Translations under genes and position numbers: made by a program | IMG/VR virus record: IMGVR_UViG_3300009168_000006 | Span: 1,015 to 65,014 of that record | Reading direction: 5' to 3' (one strand) | DNA: 64,000 nt | DNA from: a virus | Taxonomy: Duplodnaviria > Caudoviricetes | Notes under the pieces: model-generated | What the model was told of the DNA's origin: nothing | The model's input: the letters and a program-made list of their open reading frames with translations, nothing else | Database searches by the model: none | Part shown: in pieces, positions 9,618 through 19,007 of the stretch | Numbering within the stretch: the stretch's first letter is position 1 | Layout of the letters: every line of letters begins with the position of its first letter

Positions 9618-12611
9618 ATGGCCGAACGGATCAGCAAAGAGCGGGCCGAGGCGCTCATCCGGCAGACCGCCCGGGAGGCCGGGGCGGAAGACCTGGCGGA
9701 CGTCCTGGTGGCCACCGCCATCGCGGAGACCGGGCTGGACATCTACAAACCCGGGGACAACGGCCACTCCTGGGGGCCGTTCCACGAGAACGACGGCGGC
9801 CGGGGGGCGGGGCTGTCGGTCGCGGAGCGGCAGGACGTCCCCGCCGCCACGCTGCGGGCGATCAAGGAGTTCCGCGAGCAGCAGCGCCTGCACCCCGACG
9901 CCAGCCCCGGGGAGTTGGCCGTCTTCGCCCAGCGCCCCGCCCAGCAGCACCGGCCGGGGTACGTCACCAAGGTCAACGGGATCGTCAACGACTACCAGGC
10001 CAACGGCGACCCCGGCCGGAACGCGGGGCCGACCCCGGCGAGGACGGTGAGCGTGGCCAACAGCGCCCAGAACCAGAACTACGCCTTCCCGATCCGCGGG
10101 TACCAGGGCGGGGACATCCCCGCCCACTGGGGCAGCGCCGACAAGGGCGCCCGGGGCGGGGCGGACATCTTCGCCCCGGTCGGCACCCCCGTGCAGTCGA
10201 TGGTCTCGGGCAACGTCCAGTGGGCGAACACCAACGACAGCGCGGGCGGGAACAACGTCGGCATCCTGGGGGACGACGGGAACACCTACTACTACGCCCA
10301 CATGCGAGACGCCCCCCTGGTGAAGCCCGGGCAGCGGGTCTCGACCGGGCAAGACCTGGGGGTGGTCGGGAACACGGGGAACGCCAAGGGCACGCCGTCC
10401 CACCTCCACATCGGGATCGGCAAGGGCATCGCCACCGGCACCGGGCCGCTGGGCGGGCTGGGCCGGGACTTCGACGCGACGACGCTGCTGAACCAGGCCC
10501 TGAAGGGCGGGACGGGATTCACGCCAGTGAGCAACACGGCAGGCACCAAGCGCGCTCGCCCCCCGCAGGCAGAGATCGACGCGGAGATCAAGGCGAAGGG
10601 GGACGCCGCGGTCGCCAACGACCCGACGCTCCAGAAGCTGCTCGCCTCGATCCGCACGGGCGACCCGAACGCCCCGGACGGCGACCTGGCGCAGGCGTAC
10701 CTCCCCGGCAAGCAGCGGCTGGACGCGGCCCAGGAGACGCTCAAGCGGTTCCCCAACGGGGCGCCGCCGCGGACAATCGACAATCCGGACAACCCCACCC
10801 AGGTGGACATCCCCGGGTTCGGAGTCACGCCGGGCGTCCCGGCCAAGCTGCCCAACCCGGACTACAAGGCGTGGTCGGACGCCGACAAGGTCGTCTCCGA
10901 CCTGACCGGCGATAAGACCCCGGAGGGGCGCCTCTTCCAGACCCAGAAGAAGGCGTTCGAGGACGCCCAGAAGCTGGCCCGCGAGCAGGAGGAGAAACTC
11001 CGCAACGAGGCGCGCGACCAGGTCAACCGCCGGGTCGATACGGAGGCGGGCCGGACCGACCGCACCCAGGTCGTGGACGGCAACCTCATCGACATGGACG
11101 ACGGGCACGTCATCGCCCCCGTCCCCCGGGACGCCAAACCCGGCTCGACCTTCACCGTCGCCGGGAAGGGCACCTACGTCCTGGGCGCGGACGGCCGGAG
11201 CGCCAGCCTGATCCCGGGCACGGAGGTGGCCGGGAACCGGCGCGAGATCGCCACGATGCAGGACGGGAAGCCGGTCACCATGCTGGTCGAGGACACCCCG
11301 ACCGGCACCAAGGTGATCGGGGTCTACCCCCGCGTCCCCACGGCCAACGACCGCAACCGCACCCAGGTCATCGAGGCCGTAGACGCCAGCGGGAACACGA
11401 TCTCCCAGTTGATCGACCTGGACGACAACGGGCGGGTCATCGCCACCTACCCCAAGGCCGGGCCGAAGGAGAACATCCAGCCGATCACCGCGCCCAAGGA
11501 CGCGGAGTTCATCTCCTACTACGACCCCAACCGGAAGCAGGTCGTCTTCGAGAAGAACCAGAACTACAACCCCGCCAGCGGCTCCACCTACCGGGACACC
11601 AAGACCGGGCGGGTCGCGCGCTTCGACCAGAGCGGGAAGCTGCAAGAGGTCACCGACGTCCTCACCGCTGACGAGCGGAAGACGGCCGACCAGCTTTCGC
11701 AGGCCGAGTTGGGCAAGTCCCAGGCGGACACGGTCAAGACCCTGATCGACGCGGCCAAGTCGCTGCACGACCAGGAGATGGAGCGCCGCACCCAGGAACT
11801 CTGGGAGAACGCCCAGAAGGTCATGGCCGACCCGAACGCCAGCCGGGCGGACGTCATCGCCGCGATCCAGGCGGGGGCCAAGAGCGCCACCGAGTGGAGC
11901 ACCGTCTTCCAGACCCACATCAACCAGAAGACCCAGGAGGAGGCCGCCCGCAACAACCGGGTCAAGGAGACCATCGACATCCAGAACGCCGACCGCCAGT
12001 TGCGGGAGGGCCTCTACAAGGACATCAACGAGACCCGCAACCAGCGCACCCTCGCCCAGGCCCAGAGCAACGCCGCCATCTCCCAGAGCGGAATCATCGG
12101 GGAGGCCAACTCGATGAACGCGCTCGCCGCGATGGCCCCGCAAGTGGGCATGGACGGGATCACGCGGGCGGGCACCATCGGCCTGGGCGTCGGGGCGGGC
12201 GCCATCGAGCCGGTGAAGAAGACCTACCAGGAGCACCTGGACGAACTGGAGAACCTCCGCAAGCAGATGCCCAGCGTGCGGATGGCCAACGGGAACGTGA
12301 CCACCCCCGACTTCTCGATGCCCCGGCCCTCGGCGGGGAGCGCGGTCAGCACCATCGCCAACAAGCCCAGCCCCACCAGCGGGCTGAGCACGGCGCTGAC
12401 CGACAAGGCCAAGAGCATCATGGCGGGCACCCCCGATCCGGCCTCGAAGCCCATCGGCAACGGGGGCATCCCGATGGGCGGGAGCGGCGTCTCGGTCGCC
12501 ACCGGGAAGACGGTGGATGAGATGGCCGAGGAAGAACGCAAGAAGAACGGGGCCGGGGGCTACCTCCCCCGGTTCCGGGTGCCGAAGCCGAAGTCGGGGA
12601 GGGCCGCATGA
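9618..12611 (+). CDS. putative internal virion protein with lysozyme-like and M23 peptidase domains
   Basis: The N-terminus (VATAIAETGL...GDNGHSWGPF) is lysozyme/transglycosylase-like. DIFAPVGTPV...YYYAHM...VKPGQRV..GQDLGVVGNTGNA...HLHIGI is an M23 signature. Confidence 0.75.
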   Translation: MAERISKERAEALIRQTAREAGAEDLADVLVATAIAETGLDIYKPGDNGHSWGPFHENDGGRGAGLSVAERQDVPAATLRAIKEFREQQRLHPDASPGELAVFAQRPAQQHRPGYVTKVNGIVNDYQANGDPGRNAGPTPARTVSVANSAQNQNYAFPIRGYQGGDIPAHWGSADKGARGGADIFAPVGTPVQSMVSGNVQWANTNDSAGGNNVGILGDDGNTYYYAHMRDAPLVKPGQRVSTGQDLGVVGNTGNAKGTPSHLHIGIGKGIATGTGPLGGLGRDFDATTLLNQALKGGTGFTPVSNTAGTKRARPPQAEIDAEIKAKGDAAVANDPTLQKLLASIRTGDPNAPDGDLAQAYLPGKQRLDAAQETLKRFPNGAPPRTIDNPDNPTQVDIPGFGVTPGVPAKLPNPDYKAWSDADKVVSDLTGDKTPEGRLFQTQKKAFEDAQKLAREQEEKLRNEARDQVNRRVDTEAGRTDRTQVVDGNLIDMDDGHVIAPVPRDAKPGSTFTVAGKGTYVLGADGRSASLIPGTEVAGNRREIATMQDGKPVTMLVEDTPTGTKVIGVYPRVPTANDRNRTQVIEAVDASGNTISQLIDLDDNGRVIATYPKAGPKENIQPITAPKDAEFISYYDPNRKQVVFEKNQNYNPASGSTYRDTKTGRVARFDQSGKLQEVTDVLTADERKTADQLSQAELGKSQADTVKTLIDAAKSLHDQEMERRTQELWENAQKVMADPNASRADVIAAIQAGAKSATEWSTVFQTHINQKTQEEAARNNRVKETIDIQNADRQLREGLYKDINETRNQRTLAQAQSNAAISQSGIIGEANSMNALAAMAPQVGMDGITRAGTIGLGVGAGAIEPVKKTYQEHLDELENLRKQMPSVRMANGNVTTPDFSMPRPSAGSAVSTIANKPSPTSGLSTALTDKAKSIMAGTPDPASKPIGNGGIPMGGSGVSVATGKTVDEMAEEERKKNGAGGYLPRFRVPKPKSGRAA

Positions 12612-14530
12612 GCGCGACCGGCGGGATGGGCGGAATCCAGGGGCTGAACGACCTCATCGGGGGGTGGCTCCGGGGCGGGCAGCAGTCGGGGCAGGTCGTC
12701 GGCCAGGAGAACCCCGAGTGGGAGTTCCCCATGGGGCAGGACCGCGTGCCCGATTCGGTGCGCTCCCTGCTCCTGCGGGCGGACGCCGGGCCGACCGGCA
12801 TCAACCAGTACCTCCAGCAGGAACTCCAGAAGAACCCGAAGCTGATCGACGAGATCAGGTCGGCCATCAACATGGGCGTGCTGCGCCCGAAGAACCAGGC
12901 CGCCCAGAACATCACCACCGGGTACGGCGGCTACCGCGCGGGCGACATGACGCCCCTCGGCCCCCTGATCAACGGGATGCCGAGCGGCCTCAACGAAAAC
13001 CAACTCAACACCCTGGCCAACATCCTCAACACGGCCGCCGACTACCAGATCGAATTGCTGAAGCAGACCGGCTACTTCAACGGGATGCCGACGCAGGACG
13101 CCATCAAGCAGCAGCAGGAGTTGGCGCAGGGCTGGAAGGACCGCGCGACCAACGAGTTCATCGCGATGGAGACCCAGCGGTCGAACCAGGCGACCGAGGG
13201 TCTCAAGGGCGAGGAACTCACCAACCAGAACATCCAGAAGATGGCCGAGTTGTTCGGGGGCCAGATGGTCACCGACCCGGCCACGGGCCAGTCCACCTGG
13301 GCGCCGACCGAGGCGGCCCAGGAGTTCGCCACCCAACAGTCCGGCTACCTCAACGGGCAGGCCACCCTCACCCGCGAGCAGCAGGCGTTCCAGCAGGCCA
13401 AGGACGTCGCCGCCCTGGCCAGCAACCCCCGCAACTACATCGAGGCCCAGATGCTGGGCAACGCCCGGGGCGGCCTCGGAGGGATGCAGCCGAACAACCA
13501 GATTCAGCAGACCACCTTCGGCCCGGCCACCTCCGCGGGGCAGCAGTTCCAGGTGCCCGGCGGGGCCAACAACCAGTTGCAGAACTGGCAGACCATGCTG
13601 GGCAACTCGGTCGCCGGGCGGGGCGCGGCCACCTCGGCCTACGGCCAGCCGGGCGGCCCGCCCGCGCCCAACCCCCAGGCCGCCACCCAGCCCCCCCAGA
13701 CCCCCGGGTCGGACGGGACGATGCGGGCACCGGAGGCGACCGCCACTCCCGAACAGCAGGCGCAGCGGCAGGCCGCGCTGGGTGGGAACCTCAACGACCC
13801 GGCCGCCTGGCAGAACTGGATCAACCAGGCCAACACCCAGTGGCAGGGCGCGCAGCAGGGGATGGCCGGGCTGAACGGCAGCCCCGCCTGGGGCAACCTG
13901 GTCAGTACCATCCAGAACTACCAGAAGGGCGGCACGACCCCCGGCTGGCAGACGCCGCAGAACGGGCAGGGCGGGGCGCCCGAGCCGATGATGTTCGGCC
14001 CCTTCAACGAGCAGGCCGGGCAGCAGTCGATCAGCCCCGTCAATCCGGCGACCGGGATGCGCTTTGACGAGAGCACCGGGCAGTACACCAGCGCGCCGAT
14101 GCCCACCGCGCAGGAGAACTACGCCCGGCGGGCCGCCTTGATGGGCCAGCAGGCGCAGCCGGGGGCGGGGGCGCAGCAGCCACAGCCTGGGCAGCCGTTC
14201 AACCGGGGGCAGGACGTGGCCTCGGTGCAGAACATGCCGATCCCGACCAGCGCCTTTTCTCAAGCCCTGCTCACCAACCGGGTGGTGCCCCAGTCCGGGG
14301 CGCTTCAGAACAACGGCGGGTGGACGACCCCCCAGGCGCTCCAGACCGGCCCCAACGCCTTCAACCCCAACAAGGTCAGGGCGCAGGACTACCTGCGCGG
14401 GCGCAACTCCGAGCAGGCCGGGTTCCGCGCGGTGGGGTCGCAGGCCGGGTACAGCGACGAGGACTTGCAGGGGATCATGAAGAACAACCTGCCGAAGTTC
14501 AACGCCCCCGGCGCGGGGAAGATGATCTGA
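12608..14530 (+). CDS. Q/G/N-rich putative internal virion (pilot/ejection) protein
   Basis: 640 aa; ATGA overlap with the previous gene; composition typical of ejection proteins. Confidence 0.65.
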   Translation: MSATGGMGGIQGLNDLIGGWLRGGQQSGQVVGQENPEWEFPMGQDRVPDSVRSLLLRADAGPTGINQYLQQELQKNPKLIDEIRSAINMGVLRPKNQAAQNITTGYGGYRAGDMTPLGPLINGMPSGLNENQLNTLANILNTAADYQIELLKQTGYFNGMPTQDAIKQQQELAQGWKDRATNEFIAMETQRSNQATEGLKGEELTNQNIQKMAELFGGQMVTDPATGQSTWAPTEAAQEFATQQSGYLNGQATLTREQQAFQQAKDVAALASNPRNYIEAQMLGNARGGLGGMQPNNQIQQTTFGPATSAGQQFQVPGGANNQLQNWQTMLGNSVAGRGAATSAYGQPGGPPAPNPQAATQPPQTPGSDGTMRAPEATATPEQQAQRQAALGGNLNDPAAWQNWINQANTQWQGAQQGMAGLNGSPAWGNLVSTIQNYQKGGTTPGWQTPQNGQGGAPEPMMFGPFNEQAGQQSISPVNPATGMRFDESTGQYTSAPMPTAQENYARRAALMGQQAQPGAGAQQPQPGQPFNRGQDVASVQNMPIPTSAFSQALLTNRVVPQSGALQNNGGWTTPQALQTGPNAFNPNKVRAQDYLRGRNSEQAGFRAVGSQAGYSDEDLQGIMKNNLPKFNAPGAGKMI

Positions 14531-14550
14531 CGTCTAGCCGGATAGACACC

Positions 14551-14688
14551 ATGCCACTTAAGCGCGGCGCCTCGAAGAAGACTCGCGAGGACAACATCGA
14601 GGAGATGATCAAGGCCGGTCATCCCCCGAAGCAGGCGGTCGCGGCGGCCTACGACCAGCAGCGCAAGGCCAAGAAAGGGAAGAAGTAG
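14551..14688 (+). CDS. small basic protein (MPLKRGASKKTREDNIEEMIKAGHPPKQAVAAAY...)
   Basis: Resembles a common small phage protein (MPLKKG.S......NI.E....G.P.KQAVA). Confidence 0.75.
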   Translation: MPLKRGASKKTREDNIEEMIKAGHPPKQAVAAAYDQQRKAKKGKK

Positions 14689-14802
14689 GTGCCACTGAAG
14701 CGGCCGTTCCCCCCGAAGAAGTCGTCAAGCAAGGACGACGAGAAGGACGACAAGGCCAAGTCCAAGAGCCTTCCGCCCTGGCTGCGGAAGGGCAAGAAGT
14801 AA
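14689..14802 (+). CDS. small lysine-rich peptide (37 aa)
   Basis: GTG directly follows the previous stop; VPLKRPFPPKKSSSKDDEKDDKAKSKSLPPWLRKGKK*. Confidence 0.5.
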   Translation: MPLKRPFPPKKSSSKDDEKDDKAKSKSLPPWLRKGKK

Positions 14803-14942
14803 AGCAAGTCAAGAACCAGGGTATACACTAGCCCGCAGACGGGCGCCGAACCGACCGAAGCCACTCCCTCCCGGACCGCTGGCAGGCCGCCCGGGAGGCA
14901 CGGTGTAGGGCAGCGACCCCCGTACGGGCAGAAGGACAAGCG

Positions 14943-15815
14943 ATGGCTACAGGTGAGGCTCCCGAGGGAGTCCAGGCGCCGGTTGCAGAGCCGACCCCGG
15001 GACAACCGCAGGAGGCCGGGCAGGAGCCGCCGGAAGCACCACAGGAACTCCCAGACCTCGACGCCCTCCTGGAGCGGTACGACCCCGACACCTTGCGGAA
15101 GAACCGCAAGCTGATGGGGATCGCCGGGTCGATGGCCGACCGCCTCGCGCAGACCCGCGCGGAGCAGATGGCCGACGAGCGGGCGAACCGACTCGTGGAG
15201 GAACGCTGGGAGCGGGAGCAAGCCGAACGGTCGCGGAAGGCCGCTCTTGAGGCGGCGCGCCGGGGAGACTACCAGCGCCTGGGTGAGATGCGCGCCCGGG
15301 AGGTGCTGACGGACGACCAGCGTCGGTACGTCGATACCTTCCGGCAGAAGGCCACGAACGACGCCTACGGGTCGGTGCAGCGAACCATTGACGAGATCGC
15401 CTCGGGCTTCCCGCAGGAGGTGGTCGCCGCCGCGGCCGAGAAGCTGGGCGAGATGCCCGGCAACATGCGGTTCGAGGACGGGCTGAAGCGGTGGCTCCCC
15501 GCGCTGATCGAGGCGCGGGCCGAGCACATGGCCAGCGCGCCCGAGACGCAGAAGAAGGTCGAGGCGAAGATCACCCCGGCCCTGAAATCGAGGTTGATCG
15601 CGGAGATGAACGGGACCGAACCGGTGGCCGACAGCGGCGGGGGCAAGGCGCCCCGCCAGCGCCAGATCACCGACGAGCAGATCGCGGAGATGTCGCCCGA
15701 GGAGTGGGTCCAGGTCTACGACGTGAAGGCGGGGAAGTTCAAGCCCGGGGTGGCCTACAAGCCGACCCGGGCGGTCGATCCCGCCGCGATGCGCCTCGTC
15801 GGCCGGTCGGGCTGA
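14943..15815 (+). CDS. capsid scaffolding protein
   Basis: 290 aa, charged and helical, immediately upstream of the capsid gene. Confidence 0.7.
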   Translation: MATGEAPEGVQAPVAEPTPGQPQEAGQEPPEAPQELPDLDALLERYDPDTLRKNRKLMGIAGSMADRLAQTRAEQMADERANRLVEERWEREQAERSRKAALEAARRGDYQRLGEMRAREVLTDDQRRYVDTFRQKATNDAYGSVQRTIDEIASGFPQEVVAAAAEKLGEMPGNMRFEDGLKRWLPALIEARAEHMASAPETQKKVEAKITPALKSRLIAEMNGTEPVADSGGGKAPRQRQITDEQIAEMSPEEWVQVYDVKAGKFKPGVAYKPTRAVDPAAMRLVGRSG

Positions 15816-15838
15816 CCGGACCGCCGAGCCAGGAGTGA

Positions 15839-16738
15839 GTGGTCATGGCTACCGGGGTAGCAGAGTTCATCGACCAGACCATCGCCAACGCCAGCGGGAC
15901 GGGTTACAGCGGCCTGTTCTCCCCTGACGTGTGGAGCAAGAACGTCCTCGTCAAGCAGGAAGCGAACCTCATCCTCGCGCAGCACGTGAACCGCGAGTAC
16001 GAGAAGGACGCCAAGGTCGGCAAGAGCGTCATCATCGCGAGCATCTCCGACCTCAACGCGCGGGCGAAGACCGAGAACACCGCGATCACCTACGAGACGG
16101 TGGCCGAGACCCCGGTCGTGTTGGTCCTGAATATTTGGGACTACGCGGCCTTCGGGATTGAAGACATCGTCCAGGTGCAGAGCCACATCAACCTGCGCTC
16201 CGCGTACGAGGACAAGGTCGCCTACGCCCTGGCGAAGGACGTGGACACCAAGCTGTCCACCGGGGTCTCGCTGGCCTCGCGCAGCTTCGGCACCCTCGGC
16301 ACCCCGTTCACCGACGACGACGTGCGCGACGCCGTCCAGGCCCTGGACGACAGCAACGTCAGCGACTCGGGGCGGGTGCTGATCATGACCCCGGCCGAGA
16401 AGAACGACAAGCTGGGGCTGGAGAAGTGGACGTCCGTCCTCTACCGCGGGGACAGCATGCCCAACGGCGGGGGCAACCAGGTCAACAACGGCCAGATCGG
16501 CCGGGACATCTACGGCCTCACCCCCTACGTGACCACCAACCTGTTCAAGCCCGCCGCGGGGCAGGGCAACAACGTGGTCATGCACAAGGACTCCTACGCC
16601 CTCGTCATGCAGCGGTCGCCCAAGATGCACCTCTTCTACGACATCGACTACTTCACCTGGAAGATCGCCTCGGAGCAAATCTTCGGCCACGGCGAACTCC
16701 GCGACGACCACTGGGTCTGGCTCAAGGGAGTTAGCTGA
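15839..16738 (+). CDS. major capsid protein
   Basis: HK97-fold-like motifs FSPDVWSKNVL...VNREYE..AKVGKSVII, AYALAKDVD, LDDSNV...GRVLIMTP and GQIGRDIYG. AGGAG RBS; the start could be 15845. Confidence 0.88.
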   Translation: MVMATGVAEFIDQTIANASGTGYSGLFSPDVWSKNVLVKQEANLILAQHVNREYEKDAKVGKSVIIASISDLNARAKTENTAITYETVAETPVVLVLNIWDYAAFGIEDIVQVQSHINLRSAYEDKVAYALAKDVDTKLSTGVSLASRSFGTLGTPFTDDDVRDAVQALDDSNVSDSGRVLIMTPAEKNDKLGLEKWTSVLYRGDSMPNGGGNQVNNGQIGRDIYGLTPYVTTNLFKPAAGQGNNVVMHKDSYALVMQRSPKMHLFYDIDYFTWKIASEQIFGHGELRDDHWVWLKGVS

Positions 16739-17751
16739 TGCCTCGCGCCCCCCGCGCCATCCCGCCCCCGAACGGGGCCGTGCCCGCCGCCCGGCGGGGC
16801 ACCTTCCTCGCGGACGATCCGCGCCGGGCAGAGACGGCCACGGCGGTGGCGGACGAACCCGATCCCACGACGGGAGCGATGGCCGCGAGCAACCCGGTGC
16901 TGACCGAACCGGCCGAACCCGAGAGCGCCGCGTCTAGCGGGCTAGACGGGCAACCGCTGGTCGGCTCCACCGGGGGCGTGGTCGGTGCGGTGGGGCGTCC
17001 CGAGATGCTCCCCGACACCATCGAGGCGGTCGGCCCCAACGGGGAGTTGATCACCCTCAAGCGGGACGAGCACGGGCAGTACGTCACGATCAACACCAAC
17101 ATCCCCCCGCCCCCCATCTCGGCCGAGGTGGACCACCCCATCCTCCAGCAGCTTCGGAGCCGGACGAGCAAGCCCAAGGGCCTCGTCCAGCGGGCGCCCG
17201 CCTACAACCACCGGATGCTCTGGTACATGAAGCTGGACGGGGAGATCGTCCCCGGCCAGGGCGACCCGGGGAACCGGGCCTACTACGAGGACAAGGGGTA
17301 CGTCGTCCTGCGCGACGACGAGGAGAAGATGTGGCTGCGCGGCGACCCGGGGCGGGGCATCCCCCCGATCCGGCGGATGGTCATCGCGGAGCAGCGGCGG
17401 CGGGCGCAGTTGATCACCGTCATCCGCTCCATCGCCAAGCGCAACCCCTCGGTGGAGATGACCGGCGACCTGTCGATCACCCCGACCGAGGAACTGGAGG
17501 AGATGCTGACCGAACTGCGCGGCGCGCAGGGGGTCAACTTCCGGCTCCTGGAGGCGCGCCAGCGGGGCATCAACAACCAGGACGAGAAGGACGATCAGGT
17601 GCTCAGCGGCCTGGAGGTGGGGATCGGCCACGACCTCTACCGGAAGATGGCCCGCAGCCGGGAGCAGTCGCGCATCGGGGGGCTGAACCGTCAGCCCTCG
17701 GAGGGCGCACTTGAGATGTCCACCAGCGGGCAGATGATGCCCGGGGAGTAA
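16738..17751 (+). CDS. hypothetical protein (head module)
   Basis: 337 aa; start overlaps the capsid stop; GC3-biased. Confidence 0.7.
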   Translation: MPRAPRAIPPPNGAVPAARRGTFLADDPRRAETATAVADEPDPTTGAMAASNPVLTEPAEPESAASSGLDGQPLVGSTGGVVGAVGRPEMLPDTIEAVGPNGELITLKRDEHGQYVTINTNIPPPPISAEVDHPILQQLRSRTSKPKGLVQRAPAYNHRMLWYMKLDGEIVPGQGDPGNRAYYEDKGYVVLRDDEEKMWLRGDPGRGIPPIRRMVIAEQRRRAQLITVIRSIAKRNPSVEMTGDLSITPTEELEEMLTELRGAQGVNFRLLEARQRGINNQDEKDDQVLSGLEVGIGHDLYRKMARSREQSRIGGLNRQPSEGALEMSTSGQMMPGE

Positions 17752-17756
17752 CGAGC

Positions 17757-18281
17757 ATGGACACCTGGGGCTACTACAACCGCACCGACAAGGGCGCGGA
17801 CGGCGAGGACACCGAGTCCGAAATCCTGGCCCAGGCCGACCCGATCAACAAGGCGCGGGCCGAGCGCAAGGGCTTCAAGTTCCTGCGCTACGCCACGCCC
17901 CCGGGCGTGACCCCGGCCCTCGTCCCCTGCAACGTGGGCGTCAGCGCGGGCGAGCAAATCTTCGGCTTCCTCCCCGAGGAGCGCGAAGACCTGGACGCCT
18001 CCGAGATCGTCAAGCAGGCCGCCGAGGTGGCCCTCCGCAAGATGACCGGCACCTGGACCGAGGCCGAGGCCCAGGCCGAGGAGGTCGCCCACGCCGAGGG
18101 GCGCTACATGCCCGAGGAGACGGAGTTCGCCATCGTGCAGGGCAACCCGCTCGCCGGGTACGAGGCGCTCTCCGCGGACGGCGCGGGCACGGCGGCGGTC
18201 ATGCCCCCGGCGACCACGTCCACGGGCGCGGGCACCACCGGCACCGGCACCGAGGCCCCGGCGCCGCCGCCCGCACCGTAA
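17757..18281 (+). CDS. hypothetical protein
   Basis: 174 aa; GGAG RBS; operon packing. Confidence 0.7.
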   Translation: MDTWGYYNRTDKGADGEDTESEILAQADPINKARAERKGFKFLRYATPPGVTPALVPCNVGVSAGEQIFGFLPEEREDLDASEIVKQAAEVALRKMTGTWTEAEAQAEEVAHAEGRYMPEETEFAIVQGNPLAGYEALSADGAGTAAVMPPATTSTGAGTTGTGTEAPAPPPAP

Positions 18282-18994
18282 TGCCCGACCCCGGCGAACT
18301 CAACCCGTCCGCCTGGAAGGACGTGAACGAGGCGCTGGAGGCCCAGATCGGTCCGCCCCCCGATCCGGTGCAGGACGGCCCCCCGCCGGGGGCCGCCCCG
18401 CACGGCACCTCCGGCCCGAAGCTGATCCAGGGCAAGGGCTACGACACGGTCGGCATGGACGAGACGACCGAGCCGTACACCGCGCCCAAGCTGGAAGACA
18501 ACGGCGTCCGCTACCAGATGGTGACGGCGCGGGACGCGGCCCAGCTTGCGGCCGAGGAGCGGCTGAAGAAGCTGCAAGCCGAGGTCGAGCAGCGCAACCG
18601 GGACATCGCCGCCCAGGCCCACCCCGCCTTCACCCGGGACGGCTCCCTCGCCGGGGAGTACGCGCCGCTGGGCGGGGAGGCCACCACCCCCGACACGGTG
18701 GACGCCATCTGGTGGCTGGGCCTGCCCAAGGCGCAGGCCATCTGGGAACTCGGTTTGAACAACGAGGAGGAGTACGCCCGCGTCCACCGGGACGTCGAGG
18801 CGGTCGCCTACCAGGTCGAGAACCGGCGACGGCAGATGATGCAGAACGGCCTGGAGCCGGACTTCGTACCGATGGTCATCAAGCGCCGGAAGCGCAGGGT
18901 AAACTCGGCCCTGTTCCACGGGGGGAAGGTCACCCGCATCAAGCCGATGACCGACCCGAACAAGTACCCCAAACCGAAGCGTCTACCCGACTAG
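18281..18994 (+). CDS. hypothetical protein
   Basis: 237 aa; TAATG coupling to the previous gene. Confidence 0.7.
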   Translation: MPDPGELNPSAWKDVNEALEAQIGPPPDPVQDGPPPGAAPHGTSGPKLIQGKGYDTVGMDETTEPYTAPKLEDNGVRYQMVTARDAAQLAAEERLKKLQAEVEQRNRDIAAQAHPAFTRDGSLAGEYAPLGGEATTPDTVDAIWWLGLPKAQAIWELGLNNEEEYARVHRDVEAVAYQVENRRRQMMQNGLEPDFVPMVIKRRKRRVNSALFHGGKVTRIKPMTDPNKYPKPKRLPD

Positions 18995-19007
18995 ACAAGG
19001 GGGGAGC

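Noticed and set aside
437-14263. Long antisense and alternative-frame ORFs (437-3313, 6708-8987, 8255-10915, 9585-12236, 12560-14263)
   Set aside because: Typical high-GC shadow ORFs of well-supported + strand genes.
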